A stretch of DNA of 54,531 nt from a bacterium (lineage in GTDB: Bacteria; Methylomirabilota; Methylomirabilia; CAVQYV01), in the NCBI GenBank assembly GCA_043800755.1, contig JAZDMQ010000114.1:1-54531 (forward strand), given 5' to 3'. The translations under genes were made by a program, and so were the position numbers. Within the stretch, counting starts at the first letter, position 1. Every line of letters begins with the position of its first letter. This document shows positions 18,362 to 28,098 of this stretch, one piece after another. Under the pieces are notes generated by a model, which was not told the origin of the DNA, did no database searches, and saw nothing but the letters and a program-made list of their open reading frames with translations.

Positions 18362-19216
18362 ATGAAGGCAGTATTTACACTTACCTCGGCGGAGTCCAAG
18401 CGGTTGATCGCCAAGGCGGTCGTGGAGATGGAAGAGGTGAAGATCGCCAGGGAAAAGGCCTACATCATCCTGGCCGGGGGCACCACCAATGGCTACATTG
18501 CCCAGGAGCTTTTGCAGCAGAAGGTAGAGCCCCAGCGCTTCACGGCAGGGATCAATGTCTGCGGTCTCCTCTGCGTGACCAATCCCGATGACCGACACCC
18601 CTTCCCCATTATCCTGGAGCGGGGGCAGGTCTCCAAAAAGGACTTCAAGGCTGCCCTGGAGGATTTTTCGATCCACACCGTCTTCATCAAGGGGGGCAAT
18701 GCCATCGACCCGGAGGGGAATGTGGGTGTCATCACCTCGGGCTGGGATGGGGGAACGGTGGGCAACTCCCTGGGGATCCTCTCCTCCACCGGCCTGCGTT
18801 ACATCACGCCAGTGGGCCTAGAGAAGTTGATTCCCTCGGTTCCGGATGCGGTGGCCGCCGTGGGGGCCAAGACCTTTGATTACTCTCTGGGCGCCAATTT
18901 CGGCATGTTCATCCTCACCAATGCCATTGTGGTCACCGAGATTCAAGCCCTGGAGATCTTGGCCAATGTCGATACGCAGATGGTGGCGGCGGGGGGCATT
19001 GGAGGGTCGGAAGGCTCTGTGGTCTTGGTGATCGAGGGGGCGGAGCCGGATGTAAAGAAGGCGATCTCTATCGTCGAATCGATCAAGGGCGAAAAGCCGG
19101 TTCCTCCGTTGAAGGGCCTGTGCAAGAAGTGCCTCTATACCTGTAAGTTCAAAGGAATGGAGGAGGAGGATCTCCCCGCCTGGCTGACTTCGCATCTCAC
19201 GGATAAGGCCATATAG
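18362..19216 (+). CDS. Conserved hypothetical protein with C-terminal CxxCxxxC
   Basis: Strong RBS AAAGGAGAG; GGTTNGY, IKGGNAID, PVGLEK, AAGGIGGSEG; CKKCLYTC near the C-terminus. Confidence 0.85.
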   Translation: MKAVFTLTSAESKRLIAKAVVEMEEVKIAREKAYIILAGGTTNGYIAQELLQQKVEPQRFTAGINVCGLLCVTNPDDRHPFPIILERGQVSKKDFKAALEDFSIHTVFIKGGNAIDPEGNVGVITSGWDGGTVGNSLGILSSTGLRYITPVGLEKLIPSVPDAVAAVGAKTFDYSLGANFGMFILTNAIVVTEIQALEILANVDTQMVAAGGIGGSEGSVVLVIEGAEPDVKKAISIVESIKGEKPVPPLKGLCKKCLYTCKFKGMEEEDLPAWLTSHLTDKAI

Positions 19217-19274
19217 CGGAACCGGGAGATGTTTGGGGCTCCAGGAGGCGGGGCCTTTCTCAGGAGGGGATCCT

Positions 19275-19862
19275 ATGGAGATTCGCTGTTTTGTGGCGCT
19301 CAATCTCCCTTCTGAATTGAAGGGCCACCTGGCCGAGTTAGAGAGGCAGTTGAAGGAGGCCCGGGCGGATGTAAGCTGGGTAAAGCCGGAGAATGTCCAC
19401 CTCACCCTGAAATTCCTGGGTGGGGTGGAGGAGGCCAGGCTCCCCTTGGTCAAGAAGGCCATCCAGGAAGGATTGGCCGGCCAGGGGCCGTTGGATCTGT
19501 TCCTGTCTGGCCTGGGGGTCTTCCCCAACCCTCGTTCCCCCCGGGTGATCTGGGTGGGGATTGAGGGAGAAAGGGAGAGGCTGGCCCAGTTGCAGGCGAG
19601 GTTGGATCAGGCCCTGGGGAGGTTGGGCTTTTCTCGTGAGGCCCGCCCCTTCAGCCCCCATTTTACCTTAGGAAGGATGAGATCTCGCCAGGGCGCACCC
19701 TCCCTGATGGACCTCTTGGGCCGGCTCGGAGGACGCGAATTGGGGAACCTAAAGACTCAAAGCATAGAGCTCATGCGAAGCCAGTTGCACCCTGCAGGCG
19801 CTATCTACACGACCTTGGAGAGTTTTTCGCTCTCCGCCTCCCTTGAACCGCATAGGCTCTGA
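19275..19862 (+). CDS. thpR: RNA 2',3'-cyclic phosphodiesterase
   Basis: Two HxT motifs (HLTLKFLG, PHFTLGR). Confidence 0.93.
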   Translation: MEIRCFVALNLPSELKGHLAELERQLKEARADVSWVKPENVHLTLKFLGGVEEARLPLVKKAIQEGLAGQGPLDLFLSGLGVFPNPRSPRVIWVGIEGERERLAQLQARLDQALGRLGFSREARPFSPHFTLGRMRSRQGAPSLMDLLGRLGGRELGNLKTQSIELMRSQLHPAGAIYTTLESFSLSASLEPHRL

Positions 19863-19923
19863 TAGACCACCGATCTCCCGGCGCCCTTCTCTTCTGCTCC
19901 CGAGGGGAAGTTAAGAAGGTACT

Positions 19924-20388
19924 ATGATCCAGGCGAAGGATACACGAAGGCGAAAGATGGATCTCCGGAAGCTCTTGCACCTGGACGATGAACCCCACAA
20001 GATCGCAGGTGGCTTTGCGGTGGGGGTGTTCATCGGCTTCTCGCCTTTCTACGGGGTCCATATGCTCTTGGCGCTGGCCTTGGCCTTCCTATTTCGCCTC
20101 AACAAGGGGGCGGCGGTTGCTGGGACCTGGGTCGTCCTCCCCTGGTTTGCCCCCTTGGTACTCAGCCTGGGCTATCTCTTGGGTCGATTCCTGATGGGAG
20201 AGGGGTTCGGTCTCCCCGAGATCCGTTCCTTAGAGCGAGAATGGATCCTCAAGAACTCCTTGCCCTTGTTGCTCGGATGCAGCCTAATCGGGGCAGGGGC
20301 TGCAGGTGGCTCATATATCGCGGTCCGGCGGGCGGTGGAGAGGTGGAGGGAGGCACGGTCCCAGGAAGGCCATCCCGGGGGCCAGTAG
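19924..20388 (+). CDS. DUF2062-like membrane protein
   Basis: PHKIAGGFAVGVFIGFSPFYG..RLNK pattern; hydrophobic. Confidence 0.8.
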   Translation: MIQAKDTRRRKMDLRKLLHLDDEPHKIAGGFAVGVFIGFSPFYGVHMLLALALAFLFRLNKGAAVAGTWVVLPWFAPLVLSLGYLLGRFLMGEGFGLPEIRSLEREWILKNSLPLLLGCSLIGAGAAGGSYIAVRRAVERWREARSQEGHPGGQ

Positions 20389-20442
20389 GCGTCGGACCGG
20401 CTCATGCCTCAAGAGAGGCGAGAGAAGACCGATTACGGTTGA

Positions 20443-21603
20443 TTGAGGACCAGGGCACCCTTGAACCCGGAGAAGGTCGGCAGGAGTCTTCGTCTCTATT
20501 ACTTCTTCTACTTTTGTGCCATAGGGGTACTGGAGCCTTACCTCAACCTTTACTTCCGCCACCTGGGCTTCACCGGACGCCAGATCGGGCTGCTCTCGGG
20601 GATGCCCGGGCTAATCTATGCCACCTTTCCCTTTCTGTGGACTGCCTTCGCAGACGCCCGGCGCCTCCGCAACGGGGTCTTCCTGTTCAACACCTGGGCT
20701 AATTTCCTGGCCTTTTCACTGCTTCTCGCCACGGATCAATTCCGGGTCCTCTTCTTCTTAGTCCCGCTCTTGGCCGTCTTTCGCAGTCCCCTCATTCCCC
20801 TGCTCAATTCCTTTGCCCTGCAATACGGGAAGGAGAGGCAGCTCGATTTTGGGAGCTTCCGGGTCTGGGGATCCATCGGGTATATCGTAGCTGCGATCCT
20901 TTTAGGGAGACTGATCGACCTTCATGGCTCCCGCATTGCACTCTATGGGGCCCTGGTCGCCTTCCTCCTTTGTGGCCTGACCTGGGGGAGGGGGCTTCCC
21001 TGGAAGGCAGGGCAGTTTGGAGGCTTTAGGAGGGAATTTGGTGAGCTATTGAGGGATCGGAGGCTGCTCAAGTTCCTGCTGGTGGGCCACCTCACTTGGA
21101 TGAGCTGGGCAGCCTACAGCAACTTTTTCACCATCCACCTGGAGTCCCTGGGAATCAGCAAAGGCTTCGCAGGATGGGCCTGGGGATTGGGGGTGGTGAG
21201 CGAGGTGATCCTCATGTTCGGTTGGAGACGCATTTCCTCCCGGTTTCGCTCGCAAGACCTCTTGACCATGGCCCTGGCCCTCATCGCCGGGCGATGGTTC
21301 CTCTATTCCCTGGCGCATAGCCCGCTGGCGATTGTCCCCATCCAGCTCCTGCACGGGGTCACCTTCGCTACTTTTTACCTCTCCTCCATGGCCCTCTTGG
21401 ATGAGATGGTCCCTCCCGGCTTGAGGGCCACCAGCCAGGGGATGTACTCTGCCCTCACCTTTGGTCTGGGGAGTTTCCTGGGGGGACTGGGAAGCGGCTT
21501 TCTCTTCGATCAATTGGGGATGGCAGCCCTCTTTCGGATCAGCAGCCTGCTGGCGCTGCTCGCCCTCTGGTTATATGTAACCTCGCAGAGGGTCAGGGCT
21601 TGA
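20443..21603 (+). CDS. MFS transporter (MFS_1-like, nucleoside/sugar permease type)
   Basis: About 12 TM segments, FGSFRVWGSIGY, QLLHGVTF, RATSQG. Confidence 0.88.
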   Translation: MRTRAPLNPEKVGRSLRLYYFFYFCAIGVLEPYLNLYFRHLGFTGRQIGLLSGMPGLIYATFPFLWTAFADARRLRNGVFLFNTWANFLAFSLLLATDQFRVLFFLVPLLAVFRSPLIPLLNSFALQYGKERQLDFGSFRVWGSIGYIVAAILLGRLIDLHGSRIALYGALVAFLLCGLTWGRGLPWKAGQFGGFRREFGELLRDRRLLKFLLVGHLTWMSWAAYSNFFTIHLESLGISKGFAGWAWGLGVVSEVILMFGWRRISSRFRSQDLLTMALALIAGRWFLYSLAHSPLAIVPIQLLHGVTFATFYLSSMALLDEMVPPGLRATSQGMYSALTFGLGSFLGGLGSGFLFDQLGMAALFRISSLLALLALWLYVTSQRVRA

Positions 21604-22131
21604 GAGCCTTGAGGGCCGTGATGAGCCAAGAGAAGGAGATTCGAGCTGCGTTCGACTGGATCCGGAAGGCCTTCTTCACCTCCGGGGGGGCCTGCTCGAA
21701 TCGCTGCAGAAGGAGGGAGATCGTCTCCGGGCTGCAGCCCGAGGTCTTTACCCAGTCGCCGAACTCCAGATGGCTGAGATAGTTCGTCGAGAACTCCATG
21801 ATCTGGAAGCCTGCCCCCAAAACCATATCTCGCCACTGGGGCGGGGTGAAATTCTGTACATGAGAGGGATCACGGAGGCATTCGGTCTCATCGTGCCAGC
21901 GAGCTATGCCCAGATCATCGGGGGAAGAGGTATCGGCCAATAATAGGCATCCTCCCGGAACCAGAACCCACATCCGGTGGCCACGTCTAAGACATATTCG
22001 GTACCCTTGCATTCTGCCCATTGGACCATAAGCTGGAGCGTATCGCCCCGGGCGTGGGACCGGCTTCTTGCGTAAAGATGAGCCTGTCGGGAATACTGCT
22101 GACGGACAAGATCCTTAGAGTGGTCGCTCAT
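21593..22131 (-). pseudogene. Class I SAM-dependent methyltransferase, internally deleted and frameshifted
   Basis: N-part ..VLDVATGCGF in one frame; C-part VLVPGG..LRDPSHV.. in another. The central region normally between motif I and RVLxPGG is missing. Confidence 0.8.
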
Positions 22132-23603
22132 AGGGAGCCCCCAATGGCAGGAAGGAGAATGGAAAAGGTGCTTCCCTTCCCCTCCTCGCTCTTCACCTCA
22201 ATCTGACCAAAGTAAGAATTGACGATCTTTTTCACTATGGCGAGGCCCAGGCCAGTGCCCGCAATGAGCCGCGTACAATCGTTCTTCACCCGATAGAACT
22301 CATCGAAGATGTGGGGAAGTGCCTCAGGAGATATGCCGATACCCGTGTCCCTCACTTCGATTCGGATGAAGCCATCCTGCCTGCGAGCATCCAAATAGAC
22401 CTTTCCTCCCCTTACATTGTATTTGATGGCATTGTTCAAGAGATTGGTCAGGAGGCGTTCCATCTCCCGGCGGTCCGCGGAAATCAAAGGGAGGTCCTCG
22501 GCAATCGAGAGCTGCACTTGAATCTCGTTTTCTGCGGCCATTCCCTTAAGGAAATCAGCAATGTCCTGGATGACCGGCCTCAACTGGAGTGGCTCTCGCT
22601 TGGAGGTTGCAGAAGAGGATTCCAGACTGGAGATGTCCAGCAGATCCTTGATCAAGGCCAGCAGGGAGTATGCTCGCTCCTGGCATCTCTCTAACATCTT
22701 CCTCTCCTGCTCGATATCCTCTCCCAGGCTTCCGAGAATGACATCCACATAGCCGGAAATGGCTGCCAAAGGTGCCTTCAACTCGTGAGCCACCATGGTG
22801 ACGAAATCCGACTTGATGCGTTCCAATTCCTTGAGCTTGGTAATATCGCGCAGCACTGCAATAGCCCCGATCGGCTCTTCCTCGCCGGCCATGGCCGCAG
22901 CCACATTCACCATCAAGGTAGCCGGAAATTCCCCGGGGAGGCTGATCTCTTCCGTGAGAAAGGACTGAGGGGCATGCCGCTCTTTCAGCATACTGAGGAG
23001 GAGACGGCTGATGCGCTCATTTTGGATCCCCTCCTCCAGGGAGGCTCCGATCTGAGGGGTGGCCTGAAGTCGGAGCATGGAAAGGGCAGCCGGATTGAAG
23101 AGCACCAACTGCCCCTGTCGATTGGCTACCAGCACTCCGTCAGCCATGCATTGGATAATGGTTCGAGTTTGGCTTCTCTCTTGAGCGACCTCCAGCAGGC
23201 TTCTTTCCCTTTCTTGCCGGAGCTGGGCGGCCTCCAAGGCCAACCTTCGCCTTTCCAGTCCGCGATCCACGACCCGACGGAGCGCATCGGGGGTGAAGGG
23301 CTTGGGGATGTAGTCATAGGCGCCCTTCTTGATGGCCTCTACTGCGGTTTCGATAGTAGCGTAGCCGGTGATGATGATGGTTACCGTCTCGGGATCGATC
23401 CGGCGGATCTCCTCGAGTAACTCCAATCCACTGGGGCCGGGCATCTTGAGGTCAAGCAGGACCATATCATAATGGTCACCTCGGATGAAGGATTGGCCCT
23501 GGAATCCATCCTCCGCCATATCGGTCTGATGTCCTGCCTTGGTCAGGATTTCTTGGCAACCCACCCGGATGGAGCGTTCATCATCAACCACCAGGATTCT
23601 CAT
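22128..23603 (-). CDS. Hybrid sensor: receiver-PAS-HisKA-HATPase
   Basis: RILVVDD..LLDLKMPG..KPF receiver; PAS-like segment; AHELKAPL; NAIKYN; DTGIGI; GTGLGL. ATGA-coupled to the hydrogenase large subunit. Confidence 0.93.
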   Translation of the reverse strand: MRILVVDDERSIRVGCQEILTKAGHQTDMAEDGFQGQSFIRGDHYDMVLLDLKMPGPSGLELLEEIRRIDPETVTIIITGYATIETAVEAIKKGAYDYIPKPFTPDALRRVVDRGLERRRLALEAAQLRQERERSLLEVAQERSQTRTIIQCMADGVLVANRQGQLVLFNPAALSMLRLQATPQIGASLEEGIQNERISRLLLSMLKERHAPQSFLTEEISLPGEFPATLMVNVAAAMAGEEEPIGAIAVLRDITKLKELERIKSDFVTMVAHELKAPLAAISGYVDVILGSLGEDIEQERKMLERCQERAYSLLALIKDLLDISSLESSSATSKREPLQLRPVIQDIADFLKGMAAENEIQVQLSIAEDLPLISADRREMERLLTNLLNNAIKYNVRGGKVYLDARRQDGFIRIEVRDTGIGISPEALPHIFDEFYRVKNDCTRLIAGTGLGLAIVKKIVNSYFGQIEVKSEEGKGSTFSILLPAIGGSL

Positions 23604-24883
23604 AATGCTATCAGATGGACGGAGCAGGAGATGCAAGGATCGTAGGCCCGGGCGACCATCTCCAGTTTGAAGGCCATAGACTCTTGAGGCTCATTGGGCA
23701 GCCGTTCCACCGCAGCCCTGAAGTCCTTCTCCGCATTGGCCAGGTTCTGGGCGGTGGGGGTGATGATATCGGCCTCCAGGATGCGCCCTTGCTCATCGTA
23801 GCTGTAGCTGTGATAGAGGGTGCCTCGAGGCACCTCCACCGCACCCACTCCCCGGCCCGCCCTTGGCTTGATCTCGGGCAGCTTTTCCTCGCGGGGTCCC
23901 TCTCGGAGGAACTCCCCGATAATCCCCAGGGATCGCTCTAGGGAGAAGACGAGCTCAACCGCCTGGGCCAGGTTGTTATCGAAAATGTTATCGGAGGGGA
24001 GTTTCAGCCTCAATTTCTTCTGGGCCTCCTTTGCCCTCCCCTGGAGTTTCTTCTCATTGAGGATCAGGCGGGCCAACGCCCCGGTCATGTAAGGATTTCC
24101 GGAGAAGAGGCTGTGTTTGGCATGGGAATGGGAGACGGTCTTCTCGTTGGTCAGCTTCCGATAGTCGTGGATATCCAGGCGTTCCCCGGTGGAGACCAGG
24201 ATGTCTTTCCCAAAGTAGCCGTAGATCCCCCCGGGGGAATCGAGGGCGGCATAGATGGTCGGGGATTCAGCGTAGTTGGGATTCTCCAGGGAAGCGAACA
24301 GATCCACCGCCTTCATGCTATCGTCCAGTGCCTTCTTCAGCGGATCTTGCAGGGCAGCGAGGGCATCTGGTGCCGGCAACTTTCCAAATCCACCGACTAT
24401 GGCATTGCAGGGATGGATGGCCCTGCCCCCGAGAATCTCCCTCATGGTGTTTCCGAGCTTCTTAAGACCCAAGCCCATGACCACCTTGTCCTTATGGTCG
24501 GCGGCCATGTGGATGGCGCTGGGATATCCCAACAGGTCCGGGAGGACCAGGCAGAAGAGATGCAGGGAATGGCTTTCGATCATCTCCGCCTGTATCATCA
24601 GATCCCGCAATTTCTCGGTCTGAGGAGATACCTTCACCCCGAAGGCATCCTCCGTGGCCTGGACGGAGGCCAGGGTATGGCCAAAGCTGCAGATGGCGCA
24701 GATGCGGGAAGTAATGGATGCTATCTCGTCGTAGGGTCTTCCCTTGAGCAGGGGCTCGAAGAAACGAGAACCCTCAAAGATATCGAATTTGACCTCAGAG
24801 ACCTTGCCGTTCTGGATGCTCACGGTGATCCCACCGTGGCCTTCCACTCGACAAACTTCATCGACGACAATGGATTTTTTCAT
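23600..24883 (-). CDS. hydA: Group 3b [NiFe]-hydrogenase large (alpha) subunit
   Basis: RVEGHG, RICAIC (L1), DPCISCSVH (L2). Confidence 0.95.
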   Translation of the reverse strand: MKKSIVVDEVCRVEGHGGITVSIQNGKVSEVKFDIFEGSRFFEPLLKGRPYDEIASITSRICAICSFGHTLASVQATEDAFGVKVSPQTEKLRDLMIQAEMIESHSLHLFCLVLPDLLGYPSAIHMAADHKDKVVMGLGLKKLGNTMREILGGRAIHPCNAIVGGFGKLPAPDALAALQDPLKKALDDSMKAVDLFASLENPNYAESPTIYAALDSPGGIYGYFGKDILVSTGERLDIHDYRKLTNEKTVSHSHAKHSLFSGNPYMTGALARLILNEKKLQGRAKEAQKKLRLKLPSDNIFDNNLAQAVELVFSLERSLGIIGEFLREGPREEKLPEIKPRAGRGVGAVEVPRGTLYHSYSYDEQGRILEADIITPTAQNLANAEKDFRAAVERLPNEPQESMAFKLEMVARAYDPCISCSVHLIAL

Positions 24884-24886
24884 GGG

Positions 24887-25654
24887 CTACTCCTTGCCGA
24901 TAATGGATTGAATAACTTCTGCGGGAGCAGCGAATGCTCGGATTCGCTTTCGGATGTCCTCGATGGTGTATCCCTTCTCCCGAAAGAGACTGACCTCGGA
25001 GGCCACATTGGCCTCCTCCAGTGGTCCCCTACAGCCCTGACAGGGGACGCTGTGGCTGGGACAGAGGGCCTCACATCCGGCCACGGTGATGGGACCGAGG
25101 CAGAGCTGGTTCCTCTCCTGCAGAAGGCAGATGTTCTCCTTCATTTTGCATTCCGTGCATACCGCATAAGTGGGCAAAAGAGGGAGGTCCCCATGCAGCA
25201 GGGAGGCAACTGCCTTCAGGAAATGCCCCTTCTCCATGGGGCAGCCGGGGATATTGTAGTCTACCTTGACGAAGCTGCATAAGGGTTGGGCCGGGATGCT
25301 ATCGAAGTCTTTCCCTTCCGCCCCATATACCTGTTGCTTCAATTTCTCCCGGGGGATCTCATTGGCGGCTGCTGGCACTCCTCCCCACACCGCGCAGGTT
25401 CCAATGGCCACCAGAAGGGAGGCGCGATCTCGGATCCTCTTCAGATACTCCACATCGTGAGAATTGACCACGGAGCCCTCTACGAAGGCGATGTCCAAGG
25501 GGGTTTTCTGGTCATTACCGCTCACGGCCATGGGGAAGTCGATGATGTCGACCGCCCCGGCCAGTTCCAACAATTCATCCTCCAGATTCAGAATGGCGAG
25601 TTGATCCCCGGCGCAGGAGGTCAATCCATATACGCCGACCTTAGGTTTGCTCAT
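24887..25654 (-). CDS. hydD: Group 3b [NiFe]-hydrogenase small (delta) subunit
   Basis: LTSCAGD, GTCAVWGG, IPGCP, C-terminal Fe-S cysteines CTEC..CLGP..GC..C..CQGCRG. Confidence 0.93.
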   Translation of the reverse strand: MSKPKVGVYGLTSCAGDQLAILNLEDELLELAGAVDIIDFPMAVSGNDQKTPLDIAFVEGSVVNSHDVEYLKRIRDRASLLVAIGTCAVWGGVPAAANEIPREKLKQQVYGAEGKDFDSIPAQPLCSFVKVDYNIPGCPMEKGHFLKAVASLLHGDLPLLPTYAVCTECKMKENICLLQERNQLCLGPITVAGCEALCPSHSVPCQGCRGPLEEANVASEVSLFREKGYTIEDIRKRIRAFAAPAEVIQSIIGKE

Positions 25655-25675
25655 CTTGGCACACTCCGTTTCGCG

Positions 25676-26554
25676 CTAAATGATCTCGGGCATGTTGATC
25701 ACATCCCAATAGGTATAGATGGGACCATGGATGCAAGTGTATTTGTAGCCCACGCTGCAGTGTCCGCACTTGCCCACTCCACATTTCATCCTACGCTCTA
25801 AAGACATGAGGATCCGGTCCTTGGAGAAGTTTCGCTCCAAGAGCTTTTGCAGCACATATTTGAAGACCACCGGGGGACCGCAGATGGCGGCATAGGTGGT
25901 GCTGGCATCGATCTTGGCATGATCGAAGAGGGACGGGAGAAGGCCGACCTGCTGCTTCCAAGTCCCCGTATCATCCCTATCCACGGTCAAGAGACAATTC
26001 AGGTCCTGGCGGTTGGTGAGAGAGACCAGCTCATCTCGGTAGAGCATCTCGCCCGGGGATTTTGCCCCATACATCAGGGTGAGATCCTGGAAGAGAGAAC
26101 GATTATCCAGGGCATACCAGACAAGAGATCTCAAAGGAGCCATCCCCAGGCCCCCTGCGACGATCAAGAGGCTGTTGCCTTCCATCTCCTCGAGGGGAAA
26201 ACCGTTGCCGTAGGGTCCCCGGATTCCCACCAGGTCGTTGTGTTGAAGGCGATAGAGGGCATCAGTGAGCCTGCCCGTCCTGCGGACGCACAGCTCGATG
26301 ATCCCGGGACGGGTGGGGGAAGAGGAGATGGAAATGGGGGCCTCCCCGGTCCCCAGAACCGAAAGCATCACGAATTGTCCAGGTCGGTGAGTGAAACTCT
26401 TCGCCATCTCCTCGTCCAGGAAGCGAAACTGAAACAGATAGTTATCCTTCACCATGGGATGGATGCGAACGATCCGAGCCAGATGGGGTTGATAGGGATT
26501 CTTCTCTTTAGCGTAGTGCGCCATGCTCAACTGGGTGGTGTCCACTTTCTTCAC
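25676..26554 (-). CDS. Group 3b hydrogenase FAD/NAD(P)-binding (gamma) subunit
   Basis: PGQFVM, RGPYGNGF, GGLGMAP, CGPP, MKCGVGKCGHC..C [2Fe-2S]. Start could be GTG 26554 or 26545. Confidence 0.93.
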   Translation of the reverse strand: MKKVDTTQLSMAHYAKEKNPYQPHLARIVRIHPMVKDNYLFQFRFLDEEMAKSFTHRPGQFVMLSVLGTGEAPISISSSPTRPGIIELCVRRTGRLTDALYRLQHNDLVGIRGPYGNGFPLEEMEGNSLLIVAGGLGMAPLRSLVWYALDNRSLFQDLTLMYGAKSPGEMLYRDELVSLTNRQDLNCLLTVDRDDTGTWKQQVGLLPSLFDHAKIDASTTYAAICGPPVVFKYVLQKLLERNFSKDRILMSLERRMKCGVGKCGHCSVGYKYTCIHGPIYTYWDVINMPEII

Positions 26555-27566
26555 CTCTTATCTTTTTGATGACTTCCACAATGTCGATCTTAGCGGGACA
26601 AGCCACGATGCAACGGCCACATCCGACGCAGCTTGGCCGCCCATATTCGGCAACAAATCCGCGCTGTTTATGGTAATAGCGGAACTTCACCCGATCCGAC
26701 CGGTGTTCCCGGAAGTTCTCACCCCCCGCCACCAGGGCGTGTTCTTTGCGCAGACAGGAATCCCACATCTTCTTCCGCTGGCCGGACACCTGATCCAGAT
26801 TGAGCTCGTCGTACACATCATAGCAGTAGCAGGTGGGGCAGACCATGGAGCAGGACCCACAGCTCAAACACTTGTCGCCCAGGTCTTTCCAGGTAGAGCT
26901 TCCGTATTCCATTTCCATGATCCCTGCAAAGTCCCGCAACTCCACATCCAGCTTGAAGGCCTTGTCCCGCTCATTGGATCGTCGCTTATACTCCTCGATA
27001 TCGCCGCGAGTGACCTCCTGGAATAGGCCACCACTGGCCAAGACGATATCATCGCCCAGGCTCGTTCCTACCAGGGTGAGATAGGCGTCGCCGATATCGG
27101 AGAGGAAGAGGTCGAAACCGTCGTGTACGGTATCGGCTCGCATGGAATGACAGAAGCAATGTTCATCTGGGACGCAGTCGATGCCGATGATCCCGATCTG
27201 GCTGCGGCGGGTAAAGTAATAGTTGTCCACATACTTGCCGGCGAATACCAGATCCAGGATCTTCAGTGAATAGATGTCACAGGAATGGACTCCGAAGAGG
27301 ATTAGCTTCTGGTCCGCATCCTCGACGGTGGCTTCATATCCCTTGTCCATGGAGAACCGAAATAGGGTATCCACGGGCTTCAGGAAGTATTTCTTGGTCG
27401 GGAGGATGGTCCGGTTGTAATCCAAGGCCACCTCCGACCAGTTGGGGACTTTCCCGAAGGCGAATTGCTTATCCCCCTTCTTCAGTGGGGCATGGATCTC
27501 CCCGAACTTGTGCAGTACGAAGGTAAAGAAATCCATCTTTTCCTTGGGAAGCTTCAGATATTTCAT
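26508..27566 (-). CDS. Group 3b hydrogenase Fe-S (beta) subunit
   Basis: CLSCGSCSMVCPTCYC, WDSC, CVGCGRCIVACP. Confidence 0.93.
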   Translation of the reverse strand: MKYLKLPKEKMDFFTFVLHKFGEIHAPLKKGDKQFAFGKVPNWSEVALDYNRTILPTKKYFLKPVDTLFRFSMDKGYEATVEDADQKLILFGVHSCDIYSLKILDLVFAGKYVDNYYFTRRSQIGIIGIDCVPDEHCFCHSMRADTVHDGFDLFLSDIGDAYLTLVGTSLGDDIVLASGGLFQEVTRGDIEEYKRRSNERDKAFKLDVELRDFAGIMEMEYGSSTWKDLGDKCLSCGSCSMVCPTCYCYDVYDELNLDQVSGQRKKMWDSCLRKEHALVAGGENFREHRSDRVKFRYYHKQRGFVAEYGRPSCVGCGRCIVACPAKIDIVEVIKKIRGEESGHHPVEHGALR

Positions 27567-27660
27567 AGTATAGATTCACCTCCCACATAATTTTCACAGC
27601 ATCTGCCCCGCCCGGGGGCCTCGTTTGTCCGGAGAGAATCCCTAAGTGTTCGGCGAAGCC

Positions 27661-28044
27661 TTATTGCTTCTTCAATTGTCTTCGGATCTCTTCCAGAAGA
27701 CGCTCAGGCTTCACGGGTTTATCCAGGAAGACATCCACCGGAAGCCAGGTTTCATCGGGGGCAAAGTGAAAGGCCTTTTCCTCTTGGTGGATGGCGGTCA
27801 AAAGGACCAAGGGGATGGATTTGGTCCCCTCTTCGCTTCGCAGCTGCCTGGCGGTGTAAAAACCCTCTGTACGATCCGTCATCATCACATCCAGGACGAT
27901 GAGATCGGGCCTCTCCAGCTTGGCCTTCTCCAGGCCTTGCTTTCCATCATAGGCAGAGATCACCTCAAAGCCATTTTTCTTTAGAAGCGCAGTGTTGATT
28001 TCAATGAAGTCTGGGTCGTCATCAATGAGAAGGATCTTGGCCAT
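27661..28044 (-). CDS. Single-domain response regulator (receiver only)
   Basis: ILLIDDD, VLDVMM, LLTA, KP; no output domain. Confidence 0.92.
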   Translation of the reverse strand: MAKILLIDDDPDFIEINTALLKKNGFEVISAYDGKQGLEKAKLERPDLIVLDVMMTDRTEGFYTARQLRSEEGTKSIPLVLLTAIHQEEKAFHFAPDETWLPVDVFLDKPVKPERLLEEIRRQLKKQ

Positions 28045-28098
28045 TTTTTCTCTTTCTCCTTTCCGGTTCTGACGTTAGCAGTTTTCTCACTCCCCCCT

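Noticed and set aside
23600-23630. Very short C-terminal extension (HLIAL) of the [NiFe] large subunit and no adjacent protease or hyp genes
   Set aside because: A 4-residue extension is normal for group 3b enzymes, and maturation genes are often unlinked.
23600-25654. Possible selenocysteine hydrogenase, given selA in the window
   Set aside because: L2 motif is DPCISC with Cys codons; no in-frame TGA seen in these genes.
27582-27600. TTTTCACAG upstream of the hydrogenase beta subunit as a second Rex box
   Set aside because: Only a half-site is present.
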